DNA from: Octopus bimaculoides
Taxonomy: Eukaryota
Length of the DNA: 36,584 nucleotides
NCBI RefSeq assembly: GCF_001194135.2
Contig: NC_068985.1
Coordinates: 108,856,072 to 108,892,655 of the forward strand
Direction of reading: 5' to 3'
In this document: in pieces, positions 24,484 through 34,813 of the stretch
Numbering within the stretch: the stretch's first letter is position 1
Layout of the letters: every line of letters begins with the position of its first letter
Notes under the pieces: model-generated
The model's database searches: none
What the model was told of the DNA's origin: nothing
Seen by the model: only the letters and a program-made list of their open reading frames with translations
Translations under genes and position numbers: made by a program

Positions 24484-25698
24484 ACGTTGTTGAAACAGAA
24501 AGGAAAATGTTGATAGATGTTTTATTCTACGCAACGTGGCAATCCTACATGATGTTTTATTATTTCATATTAAATTTTGTATGTGGTTTTTACCTCTCTC
24601 TCTATATCTGTATCTCCATCTTTCCTATCATCTAGGTTTCCATGGCAGAAACAACATAGATATGGCCAGAGTTGACTACATTTCAGACTGTTTCTATGAT
24701 ATCATGGACGACTACATGAGGATGTATCAGGATGGCAACTGCAGAATGATGGTAACGCGTTACTTTTCTAAAATTTAACCCTTATAAGAAAGCTTATGTT
24801 TTTCTAAACAACACATTGTATGGCTGCGTTTTGTAAATATTGCACTTTACAATGGTCTAGGTGATAATGTTATCTACAATACATACATATTACAGAGTCC
24901 CGAAATAGCATAATCATTATACAACTCAGCAGTATATTGAACTTCGCGCATAAGTACGCTTTTTAGCATTCTAGTGAATGATGATCCATCAGATATAATT
25001 GTAAGCACTAATGTATATATTCACGGCGTTTAAAATATGCTTTTTTACGTACAGGATCGACTATCACCTGCTTATATATAAATACATATATATATATATA
25101 TATTTATTTATATTCATCCAAGCATATAATAGTTCTTTCTGTATTAGGCACAAGGTCTGAAATTTCGGAGGAGGGGTTAAGTCTACTACATCAACCCAAA
25201 TACTCTACTGATATGTAATTTATCGACCCTGAAAGAATGATAGGACAAGTCGACCTCGGTGAAATTTGAAATCGGATCGTAAAGACAGACGAAATGCCAC
25301 TAAGCATTTTGCTCGGCGTGCTAACGATTATGCCAGCTCGCCACCTTATCCAAACATAATAAAATAAAGAGTAAAGACCAAAAGATAAATATTTATTTGC
25401 ATAGATCCATGTACATAAATATTGGATCAGGATGACCGGGCCACGAGTGCAGTCACACTCGAGGGCTCTAGAGCAAGTGTTATGTGCTGCGGCATCAATT
25501 CTCCTCATATCTTGTGACTGGAATTCGGTAAACAAGATCTGCACAGAAACCTGTCAGGCGGATTGTTTCTTTGTTGCATGCAATATAGTAATGCAATACA
25601 CACACACAAACATATACACACACGCACATACACATACACACACGCACACACAGAGAAACACATGTATACGCACACATGTATATGCATAAATATATATG

Positions 25699-25730
<32 letters not shown>

Positions 25731-25744
25731 CAATNNNNNNNNNN

Positions 25745-25778
<34 letters not shown>

Positions 25779-28445
25779 CAATTGTAATGTTATTGAGAAG
25801 CAATGAAAGAAACTATTCTGTAGTTTATATACAGAAAGAAAGTTCTCAAATTTTCCAAGGAAATGGAATGAAACAGAATAGAATAAAATAAAGTAGAATA
25901 CGTACGTTATTACACGGAAGAATTTTTCACCTAGCGCTTGAGATGACTATTGTCGGAAGGAGAGAGATGGAGGAATAGAGGAAGAGAGCGAGAAAGAGAG
26001 AAAGAGAGAGTGAGAGAGAGAAAGAGAGAGAGAGAGCGAGAGAGAGAGAGAGAGACCTAAGCCTGTATTATTGTGATTACATAAGATAAGCTGCAGCATA
26101 TCTCAATTACAGAGCTGTATTTTTGATTTAAAAATATCTGAGAAATGGTTTTTACATTTAATCATATATAATTTCAACGTCTTCTATTCTTACATCCACT
26201 CTTGCAATATCATATAAAATTCCCTTCTCTTCAGAAATGTATCATTGTATTGAAAAATGTTTGTCGATGACAGAAATTGTCAAATTGTTTTCGAGTAATT
26301 GATAAGAAGTAAAAAAAAAAAAACACGAAAACGAAAACTCCTAACATAGGAATATTAGTTACAGATACATAGAAATGCTTAAAATATAATATCGTATTCA
26401 CACGTGTACAGACATAATGTAAGTCTGCCAAAAAATAACAACATACAATATAAACATGAAGAATATTGTAGGCAATTATCCATTATTTTTGTTAGCTAAC
26501 TCTATGTAAGATAACAATTGAAATATAAATAAAAAAGAAATACTGTTCCTTGGATTAATGACACCGATGTTGCACAAATAACTGACTAAATAAATAAATA
26601 AATATTTTCAGAATTATCTCTATTTAACAAGATACTCTGACAAAAGTTGTATTTCGTGTTCTACTTTTTCTTTTGCTATTACGATGGAAATTACTTCTCA
26701 GTGGCGAAGTCTAAATTATTGTCACTGGAAGTTTTAAAACTTAATACATGTCAAGGAGATGACTAATAATGGTTTCTAATTGAAACACAAAGCCATGTAT
26801 TTTAAGCGGGGTGGCAAGTCAATACTGTTTACTGCAGTACTTCAATGTACACGAAATGATGTAAAAGCAGGACCTCGGTAGGGTTTGTACACAGAAAGTA
26901 AAACCCTGGAACAAAGAATTTCTTCTAATGCTTTAGAGTTTCTGCCAACTCATCACCTTTGGACATGGTTATATCTTTTCAAATTTCGGCACAAGGCCAG
27001 CAACTTCGGAGGATGGGGTAAGTTGATGCTATCGAGCCCGATACTGAAGTGGTACTTATCTTATCAACCCCGAAATGATGAAAGATAAGGTCGACCTCAG
27101 CGGACGTTGAATTCGGAATGTAAAGACGGAGGAAATGTCACTAACCATTTAACCTGGAGTGCTTACGATTCTCCCAGCTCACTGCCTTTTTGGACATGAT
27201 AATGATAATATATATTTTAAATTTTAGAACAAGGGCAACAATCCATTCTAGGGTGGTGGTTAATCAATTATATCAACCCTGTACTTCACTGGTACTTTAC
27301 ATTATCACTCCTTGAACTGATGAAAGAAGAATTTGATATTGGTTAGATTTGATCTGAAAACCCGAGAAGCTCTAAAAAGAAAAGTGTCACCAAAGATTTT
27401 TGCCTGACATGTTAACAATGTTTTCATTTTGTCATCGCTGGCGATGGTGGAAAAAATATAGAGACTAATTGTGATGAGGATGGTTTTATTGCTTATCAAT
27501 TCCAGGACTGTTTTGTTTGATTAGAATTCTAAATAAACAGCCCTGTCATTTTTGACATGTGATTAAGCATTATTTTTCCTAATACTATATTTATCCGATT
27601 TAGTCTTAGATATCAAAATTTTTAACACGTCAAGTTTGGCAGTATTTCTCGCAAATGAATTCGTGGAATTATGAAAATGATGTTTATAAAGGCTCAAATA
27701 GATGACATTTTTTTTACTGAATTTCAAGAGTAACAAGATGTGTTTGATAGCATAATGCTAATACCGTTCTCGTTTGTTTTATTCTCTATTACAGTTCCAG
27801 CGTTCCCGAGATATGAGTGGCTCCGTAAGTATTAAATTTGTTTAAATTATTACACAAAAGTGATTAGAAGTGATTTCCTGAAATTGTGTTTACTCATTTT
27901 TATGTAGAAGTCCACTGGATTTTGTGGTTATTAGAAAAATACTTATGTGTGTTTCGTACATTCGTGTATGGGTACAGATAAACTTACATTCTTGTTCTAG
28001 GTGTGCGTGCCACGTTTGTACAAAAGTTTCTGCGCTTCCTTAAAATTTGAACTAATTGTGTATGTTCACCCAGGAACCTCAAATGAAAACTCTAAAAATG
28101 TTTTACAAATTTATTGAACATATAAGGATTGAAATTTTATATTGCGAATCATTTTGTGTTCTTTATATATATTTCAATTCATTCTTAAGATTTTTCTAAT
28201 ATAGCAGGAGTTGGTTTCTAAGAAACAAAGTTATGTGAGATGCCAAAGAAACAATGTTATGTGAGATGCCAAACTATGGAAGCGTCTTGATCAATTTTGC
28301 TGCGTCCTTTACATATCTATTGTGCGGGAAGATATGTAACTTGTTTCATTATATATTGTCCAACTTTGGTAATCTGTACAGACTGCATAAATACTCGAAG
28401 CTTACTAATTTCCAACACTTGGATTCCTGGATCCTACTTACCTAG

Positions 28446-28477
<32 letters not shown>

Positions 28478-29116
28478 NNNNNNNNNNNNNNNNNNNNNNN
28501 NNNNNNNNNNNNNNNNNNNNNNNNNNNNNNNNNNNNNNNNNNNNNNNNNNNNNNNNNNNNNNNNNNNNNNNNNNNNNNNNNNNNNNNNNNNNNNNNNNNN
28601 NNNNNNNNNNNNNNNNNNNNNNNNNNNNNNNNNNNNNNNNNNNNNNNNNNNNNNNNNNNNNNNNNNNNNNNNNNNNNNNNNNNNNNNNNNNNNNNNNNNN
28701 NNNNNNNNNNNNNNNNNNNNNNNNNNNNNNNNNNNNNNNNNNNNNNNNNNNNNNNNNNNNNNNNNNNNNNNNNNNNNNNNNNNNNNNNNNNNNNNNNNNN
28801 NNNNNNNNNNNNNNNNNNNNNNNNNNNNNNNNNNNNNNNNNNNNNNNNNNNNNNNNNNNNNNNNNNNNNNNNNNNNNNNNNNNNNNNNNNNNNNNNNNNN
28901 NNNNNNNNNNNNNNNNNNNNNNNNNNNNNNNNNNNNNNNNNNNNNNNNNNNNNNNNNNNNNNNNNNNNNNNNNNNNNNNNNNNNNNNNNNNNNNNNNNNN
29001 NNNNNNNNNNNNNNNNNNNNNNNNNNNNNNNNNNNNNNNNNNNNNNNNNNNNNNNNNNNNNNNNNNNNNNNNNNNNNNNNNNNNNNNNNNNNNNNNNNNN
29101 NNNNNNNNNNNNNNNN

Positions 29117-29153
<37 letters not shown>

Positions 29154-30394
29154 TTATACATGCTTGTGTATGTGTGCGCACGTGTGTGTGTGTTTTGTGC
29201 GATTAAATATACTATTTGCATAATAATTATATTTTATTATTCTCAGTCTGAAAAACGCATGAGATTTAGGGAAACCTGTAACAGAATCCTGCCATTCTTG
29301 GAAAGAACTTTGGACATGCACAGCGGTGGTAGACAGTTTTTCATGGGTGATCAGGTAAGTAGTACTATAATCCTTATAATATATAACAAATCTTTGTAGG
29401 AATTAATTATAAGAACTAATTTTAAGTCAAATACTGTACATTATCTGTGCCCCCTGATATTGTTACTGGGAGCTTTATAGTTACAGCAGACGATAATAAA
29501 ATATTGGGGAAAAACTACGCAAGAAAATCCACAAATTTCTTTTGTTTCTTTATGTTTGCGATTATTCCCGCTACACCTCTTAATAATCAGTGTTATTTCT
29601 TTACTACCCACAAGGGGCTACACACAGAGGGGACAAACAAGGACAGACAAACGGATTAAGTCCATTATATCGACCCCAGTGCGTAACTGGTACTTATTTA
29701 ATCGACCCGAAAGGATGAAAGGCAAAGTCGACCTAGGCGGAATTTGAACTCAGAATGTAGCGGCAGACGAAATACTGCTAAATATTTCGCCCGGCGTGCT
29801 AACGTTTCTGCTAGCTCGCCGCCTTATAGTGTTGTTTTGTTTACATCCCCGCGACTTAACTTTGCAGCAAAAGGGTTGATGCAATACGTACTAAACTAAA
29901 AATGGAAAGTACTAGCGCCGATTAATAAGACTACACACTTCAAGGTGGTACCTTATTATGCCTTTCAGCTCAATTACTGAAACAAGTAATAGATAATATA
30001 GATAAAATATTAAAGAAAATAACTGCTATCATATAGCTGATACTTTCAAACCAAAGTCTCGAACATTATTGGAAAACAGAAATGCAATACACTCTTCATA
30101 ACATCTATGAACGTGTTTAGAATAAACTCTTTGAATAAGCACTTACATGAGATTTAACTTGTATTATATATTGACGAAGTAATTATTTCTCTCACTAATG
30201 CTTCTCTCGAAATATTATCTCTCCTGCAGATGACCATGGCTGACATGATGTGCTACTGCGCCCTTGAGAATCCACTTATGGATGAACCATCGATGCTGAG
30301 CAGCTACCCAAAACTGATGGCACTGAGGAACCGTGTGATGAGTCACTCTAAGTTGTCTAGCTACCTCCAGAGAAGGACACGTACCGAATTCTAA
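19752..30394 (+). CDS. S-crystallin (glutathione S-transferase sigma-derived cephalopod lens crystallin), 6 coding exons, 215 aa: join(19752-19884,23188-23283,24636-24751,27795-27824,29247-29354,30230-30394)
   Basis: Manual splicing gives an uninterrupted 648-nt ORF: [215 protein letters not shown]. All five introns are GT..AG with compatible phases (1,1,0,0,0). The sequence is recognisably an octopus S-crystallin (recalled as very close to O. vulgaris OctS4). Confidence 0.97.
20950..21300 (-). mobile_element. SINE family A, diverged copy in intron 1
   Basis: 3' part ttacttgtttcagtcagtgcggtcatg...gaaccgctaggttac; head remnant ctgaactcggattcatgtggttggga. Confidence 0.7.
22960..23068 (+). mobile_element. 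SINE family B partial diverged copy (intron 1), opposite orientation to the intron 3 and 5 copies
   Basis: ttgacatttatttccccggaggtgataaaataacgtaccagtcgagtacaggttcg...gactaacccttcccttcaaaatt resembles the family B core and tail. Confidence 0.5.
23188..23283 (+). CDS. S-crystallin exon 2 (96 nt)
   Basis: Acceptor atctttattccag|AG; (K)[31 protein letters not shown](G); donor G|gtaagg. Confidence 0.97.
23690..24392 (-). mobile_element. Internally deleted Tc1/mariner-superfamily transposon (DD41D/rosa-like) in S-crystallin intron 2, antisense
   Basis: Minus: [31 protein letters not shown] (N-terminal HTH), then deletion, then [20 protein letters not shown]...[12 protein letters not shown]...*FQQDEANAH...[11 protein letters not shown]...[12 protein letters not shown](G)..GY.KERFY. 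One TIR-like end (ggcccaaaattcactgag on minus) abuts (TA)n. Confidence 0.85.
24408..24481. repeat. (TA)n microsatellite in intron 2
   Basis: Seen directly. Confidence 0.95.
24636..24751 (+). CDS. S-crystallin exon 3 (116 nt)
   Basis: Acceptor tttcctatcatctag|GT; (G)[38 protein letters not shown]; donor ATG|gtaacg. Confidence 0.97.
25147..25345 (-). mobile_element. SINE family B copy (intron 3)
   Basis: ggcacaagg...gtcgacctcggtgaaatttgaa...gacagacgaaatgccactaagcattttgctcggcgtgctaacgattatgccagctcgccacc. Confidence 0.8.
25980..26056. repeat. (GA)n microsatellite in intron 3
   Basis: Seen directly. Confidence 0.9.
26750..27440 (-). mobile_element. Three head-to-tail diverged SINE family B copies (intron 3)
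   Basis: Units of about 210-230 bp; the middle one (26985-27187) is clearly family B; shared spacer tttggacatg at 26958 and 27189. Confidence 0.6.
27795..27824 (+). CDS. S-crystallin exon 4, 30-nt micro-exon ([10 protein letters not shown], crystallin loop insert)
   Basis: Acceptor ttattctctattacag|TTC, donor TCC|gtaagt; phase 0/0; supplies the FQRSRDM segment expected between NCRMM and SEKRMRF. Confidence 0.93.
29247..29354 (+). CDS. S-crystallin exon 5 (108 nt)
   Basis: Acceptor ttattattctcag|TCT; [36 protein letters not shown]; donor CAG|gtaagt. Confidence 0.97.
29603..29823 (-). mobile_element. SINE family B copy (intron 5) with an alternative 3' tail
   Basis: High similarity to 32491-32706 across head and core (cgaaaggatgaaaggcaaagtcgacc...gaatttgaactcagaa). 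Confidence 0.85.
30230..30394 (+). CDS. S-crystallin exon 6 (terminal coding exon, stop TAA 30392-30394)
   Basis: Acceptor tatctctcctgcag|ATG; [54 protein letters not shown] (GST C-domain T-x-A-D N-cap motif). Confidence 0.97.
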   Translation: MTMADMMCYCALENPLMDEPSMLSSYPKLMALRNRVMSHSKLSSYLQRRTRTEF

Positions 30395-30683
30395 GAAACA
30401 AAAAACTGTCTGAACTATTAACCGCAAAATTGTATAACCCTTCACCTTGATATTCTGAATGATAAATACTGTTCAGAAATGGCAATGATTTTACCTATGG
30501 TGTATCTTACTGAATCTTCTGTGATAGAATGTCAATAGATACCTCAGTGGCTATTGAAGAGGCAATAGTTTAAATATTGCCATATGTGTAAACGCGATAC
30601 ACATACATAGATATATATGAATGTATGTGTATATGTATGTTGGTATTTGTATATATTGCAGAAAATTGAGGTGAGAATATGAT

Positions 30684-30689
30684 AATAAA
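30684..30689 (+). terminator. Candidate polyadenylation signal AATAAA for S-crystallin (variant GATAAA also at 30461)
   Basis: First perfect AATAAA noticed downstream of the stop, about 290 nt after it. Such hexamers are common in AT-rich DNA. Confidence 0.3.
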
Positions 30690-31549
30690 ATAATATAATC
30701 CTAAATATGACTTATGTTATGCTTTTTGTAATGTTATCAATATTTGTGTGAAAAGCGTGATGCAAACTCCTCTATTTCCTCTTATACACACACACACACG
30801 CACACATACATACATACATATATACATACATACATACATATATNNNNNNNNNNNNNNNNNNNNNNNNNNNNNNNNNNNNNNNNNNNNNNNNNNNNNNNNN
30901 NNNNNNNNNNNNNNNNNNNNNNNNNNNNNNNNNNNNNNNNNNNNNNNNNNNNNNNNNNNNNNNNNNNNNNNNNNNNNNNNNNNNNNNNNNNNNNNNNNNN
31001 NNNNNNNNNNNNNNNNNNNNNNNNNNNNNNNNNNNNNNNNNNNNNNNNNNNNNNNNNNNNNNNNNNNNNNNNNNNNNNNNNNNNNNNNNNNNNNNNNNNN
31101 NNNNNNNNNNNNNNNNNNNNNNNNNNNNNNNNNNNNNNNNNNNNNNNNNNNNNNNNNNNNNNNNNNNNNNNNNNNNNNNNNNNNNNNNNNNNNNNNNNNN
31201 NNNNNNNNNNNNNNNNNNNNNNNNNNNNNNNATGATTGTGTATAGAGGAATATATTATTTAGTTTAAAAGAGTTCCAACACTGTCTGTTTTTTATGTTTT
31301 ATTTATATTCCTGCAGAACCAATGTGGGGTATAGAATATGGAATATACAATATATAATATAATATACAATATATAATATAAAATAAAATAAAATAAAAAT
31401 GGATGGCACCATGAAAGAAAGTATTGAATGTAGATGAAATATTGAGTGTTCAATATAAAGGATCAAATATATAAATATATAAATATAAATATATAAAGGC
31501 GACTCGAGTTTCAGGGCTATTTCCCTTCGTCATGGCTGGTATGACAGAC

Positions 31550-31612
31550 TTTATACTCTCTTTTACTCTCTTGCTTGTATCAGTCATTTAACTGCGGCCA
31601 TGCTGGAGCACC
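31550..31612 (-). mobile_element. SINE family A, 3' tip only
   Basis: actctcttttactctcttgcttgtatcagtcatttaactgcggccatgctggagcacc. Confidence 0.7.
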
Positions 31613-32490
31613 ATAATTTGAAAATATGGTAGTTATTTGTAAATCATGTTTACACATCATGACAGAACATTGACTGATGCTGTAATTCTATGCCATGAAT
31701 CAAAACATGAACAAAAGTCTTTCCAGAGCCGTCGACTAATGAGGCTGTTTTCCCGTATTTTCTGGTGTATTTAAACTCCCGTCCCAATCTGCCTGCCCGA
31801 AACGCCGGTCCGTGACATGTTTACTAATTTTTGCCAGCTCATTGTTATCCTAAATTATGCTCTCAATGTTTTGGGTTGGGTCACGTACAATTGAGAAACC
31901 AGCGTTCGAAATACAAGTGATGAACAGAAAACTTTAAAATCGGAAAATGGTTTTGTGAATAATATCCGACAATTAGTAATTGTTGAACTATACACTTTCT
32001 TTGTCTTCTTCTTCATCCTCATTGTCATCCTTCTTATCATCATTATAATTATCATCATCATCATGGTCGTAGTCCTGATCATCATCATCATTATTATTGT
32101 CATCATCATCGTCATGTTATCTCTACGGTTCTTCATATCTGAGACGTTATCACAGTCCGGAACTTCAGCTTGGTTCATTTCGTTTGGAACATCTTTGAAT
32201 AACCTATGCAGTTCATATTTGCGACCTGTATTTGGTCTTCCGATCTGCTTTACATTGCAGCATCTCATCACCCAAATTATACCCTAAATGAACATCATAT
32301 TTGATAAGGTAATTTGGGATACATTTCAAGTAAAATATATAATTGACACGTTTGAAACGTGTGAATAAATGTCTGCTAATTCAACACTGAAAACATGTTT
32401 GACACCGCACAACCACAACTACAACACCAGTAGCTACTACCGCAACAACAGCAACAACAACGACAATAAACACGAGCTAACGATTTAGAG

Positions 32491-32706
32491 TTCTTTTTTC
32501 TCCTCGTGGCACAAGGCCCGAATTTTGGGGAGAGGGGTCATGTCGATTAGATCGACCTCAGTACGCAACTGGTACTTAATTTGTTGACTCCGAAAGGATG
32601 AAAGGCAAAGTCGACCTCGCCGGAATTTGAACTCAGAACGTAAAGACAGACGAAATACCGCTAAGCATTTCGTCCGGCGTGCTAACGTTTCTGCCAGTTC
32701 GCCGCC
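32491..32706 (-). mobile_element. tRNA-derived SINE, family B (least decayed copy)
   Basis: Minus head ggcggcgaactggcagaaacgttagcacgccgg...gttctgagttcaaattccggcgaggtcgactttgcctttcatcctttcgg (A/B-box-like); more than 8 related copies in the window. Confidence 0.85.
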
Positions 32707-34813
32707 TTGAAAACAATTTAGAATTACTTAACATGTTAGAAATAGCAGCCAAACACCACTGTAATCGCACCTTACCGTTTTCAGTCAGTGGAGGACATTG
32801 GAAATGCATATGCGTATAAAAGAAAACGTTAACTAATGCTGGATTGTATTTGATTATGCATCTGAATTACGCTTCTCTTAATACCGCCACCAGCACCACC
32901 ACCACCACCACCACCACAAAGATCAACATTACCAATATAAAATATCGGAAAATTCAACTCTTTCTTAAAGAAATTACAATTCTGTAATAGCAATAATCAA
33001 AGTCTTGTCTGCAAGAATAATCTGGCAAGAATATGTCCTAAGCCATAAGGAATATTCTAATGTTGAACATTTGAGTTTATTTCAAAACAACGGAAACCGT
33101 TTGTCTCCTTCAGCGTTTCTGTCTTACTGTATTAGTTTTCTATTATTTTCTGCAAGATATTTTTGCAGCTCTATAGGTGTTATTTTATAGTAATCCACTT
33201 GCATAAAGCCTTCACCTTCCGATTTGTATAGTAAATTTAATATTTCTATTTCAGACTTTAGATAACATATTTCAAATTCAGTTATCAATATACTTACTTT
33301 TATGTTTGATTTTGCTACTTTATTTAATGTCCAGTCGAAATGAATAGATAAATACACAAACGAGACTTGTTTTGCTGATAGACAGAGCCCATGTAACAGA
33401 AAAATACAAATTTCACTGACAAAACAATCAATCATCTGAATAAATGTTCCTCACTAGAATTACGCTCCTAAACAAGAGTGGAAGATTAGAGCAGGCTTTA
33501 AGGCGTCCCAAAAATGTTTTGAGGGATTTATTTAAGAGATTTATTGTCTAATTTCAAATCACTTGGAGATTAACTATGCCTTTTACCGAACTGAAACCCT
33601 AAAATAAAGAACCGAAATATTATTGCGATTACATTAATCGATTAAACACTGTCGCAAATTATTTGTATTTACGCCTGTGTCAGACACTCATACTCCCTAA
33701 GACAAAGACATTTCACAACCCCCGAGAAGTGCAATCTAGTTAAAGCTAGATATCAACCGTGTGGAACATACATGTTGTGAAAAACTTGCACAGCTTTGGT
33801 TATTGCCAATCTGTATGAATACATAAGCATATAGATTTGTGTGCGCGTGTATGTGTGCATTTATACTTAATGGCTGCAACTTGGATTTCGAGTAACGCCA
33901 TTACTTGATTGTTCTCTTAAACAGGAGAAGCACGTATGTGGCTTTCCAGCCTCACTAAGGCAGAGGTGCTGCAGTGACGGCATCCCTTGCGGTAACTTAT
34001 TTTTCACCCAAGTTGGCGCATGACTTCATTCTCTCAGGGAATGTTTGATCCCGTGTTTTGCCTTTTTACGGCTACGGTCAGCCTAGGAATGCAACACATA
34101 ATAGAGATGTTAATAATCAAGTCTGGAGCTTGAAAATCTAGTGCCAATCCCACATTATAAGCAACATATGCATTTGCGAAAAAATAGAACTAGTCTACAT
34201 CATTGGATGCAAACGTAGTTGATGATGTCGCATCAGAGCTTTCCTTCTAGAGAGTTGTATAAAGACAGACTAGATTTCTCTCTCTCACAGCTGTTGGATG
34301 ACCGCTGAATCTAATGAATCCATATGCCTTCCGACATATTCTGATTTTCGACTTGCAGGCTCTGCAGTGAAAACCATTCTACTTAGCAAACAGGCTTAGC
34401 AGAGTTACCGTTTTAGTCGCTGACGAGCCAACCATGCTGCACGCTGAACTGGGTTACTTTTTGCTTGTAGCAGTAAGAATGGCCGGAGATAATATATATG
34501 TGTGTGTTTGCATTTGTTCGTTAGGCAATGACAACATAAAGAAGATAACATGGGCACCATAACTTCCTATGCATTCGTATTAGCTTTATGCTTAAAAAGA
34601 TGGGAAAAGGTCATATTTTGGTCATTAGGCCTTTAACGGACCAAGTAGATGAATGCAAAAAGTTTTTGGAAGAAAATGTAAGGAGAAAGGGATTAAGGGG
34701 CATGTGTGTGTTATATGTTTATGTTTGTGCGTTTGTCTGTGTATCATATACATTATATATGAATGTGCATGTATATATACTCATGTATGAATATGTATAT
34801 GTACACACACTTA

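Noticed and set aside
25458-25581. Cluster of XhoI, XbaI, EcoRI, BglII and SphI sites suggesting vector polylinker
   Set aside because: Sites are spread over about 125 bp with non-vector spacers; consistent with chance in a GC-richer patch.
25715-25782. Direct repeat (TA)n-ttgtcaat on both sides of a 10-N gap
   Set aside because: Most likely overlapping contig ends (false duplication), not biology.
33940-34000. PSLQHLC (SOCS/BC-box-like) here and DGSGKT (ankyrin- or P-loop-like, about 31715-31735) on the minus strand as parts of one gene
   Set aside because: Motifs of 6-7 residues in short frames without convincing splice sites or flanking domain similarity; expected by chance.
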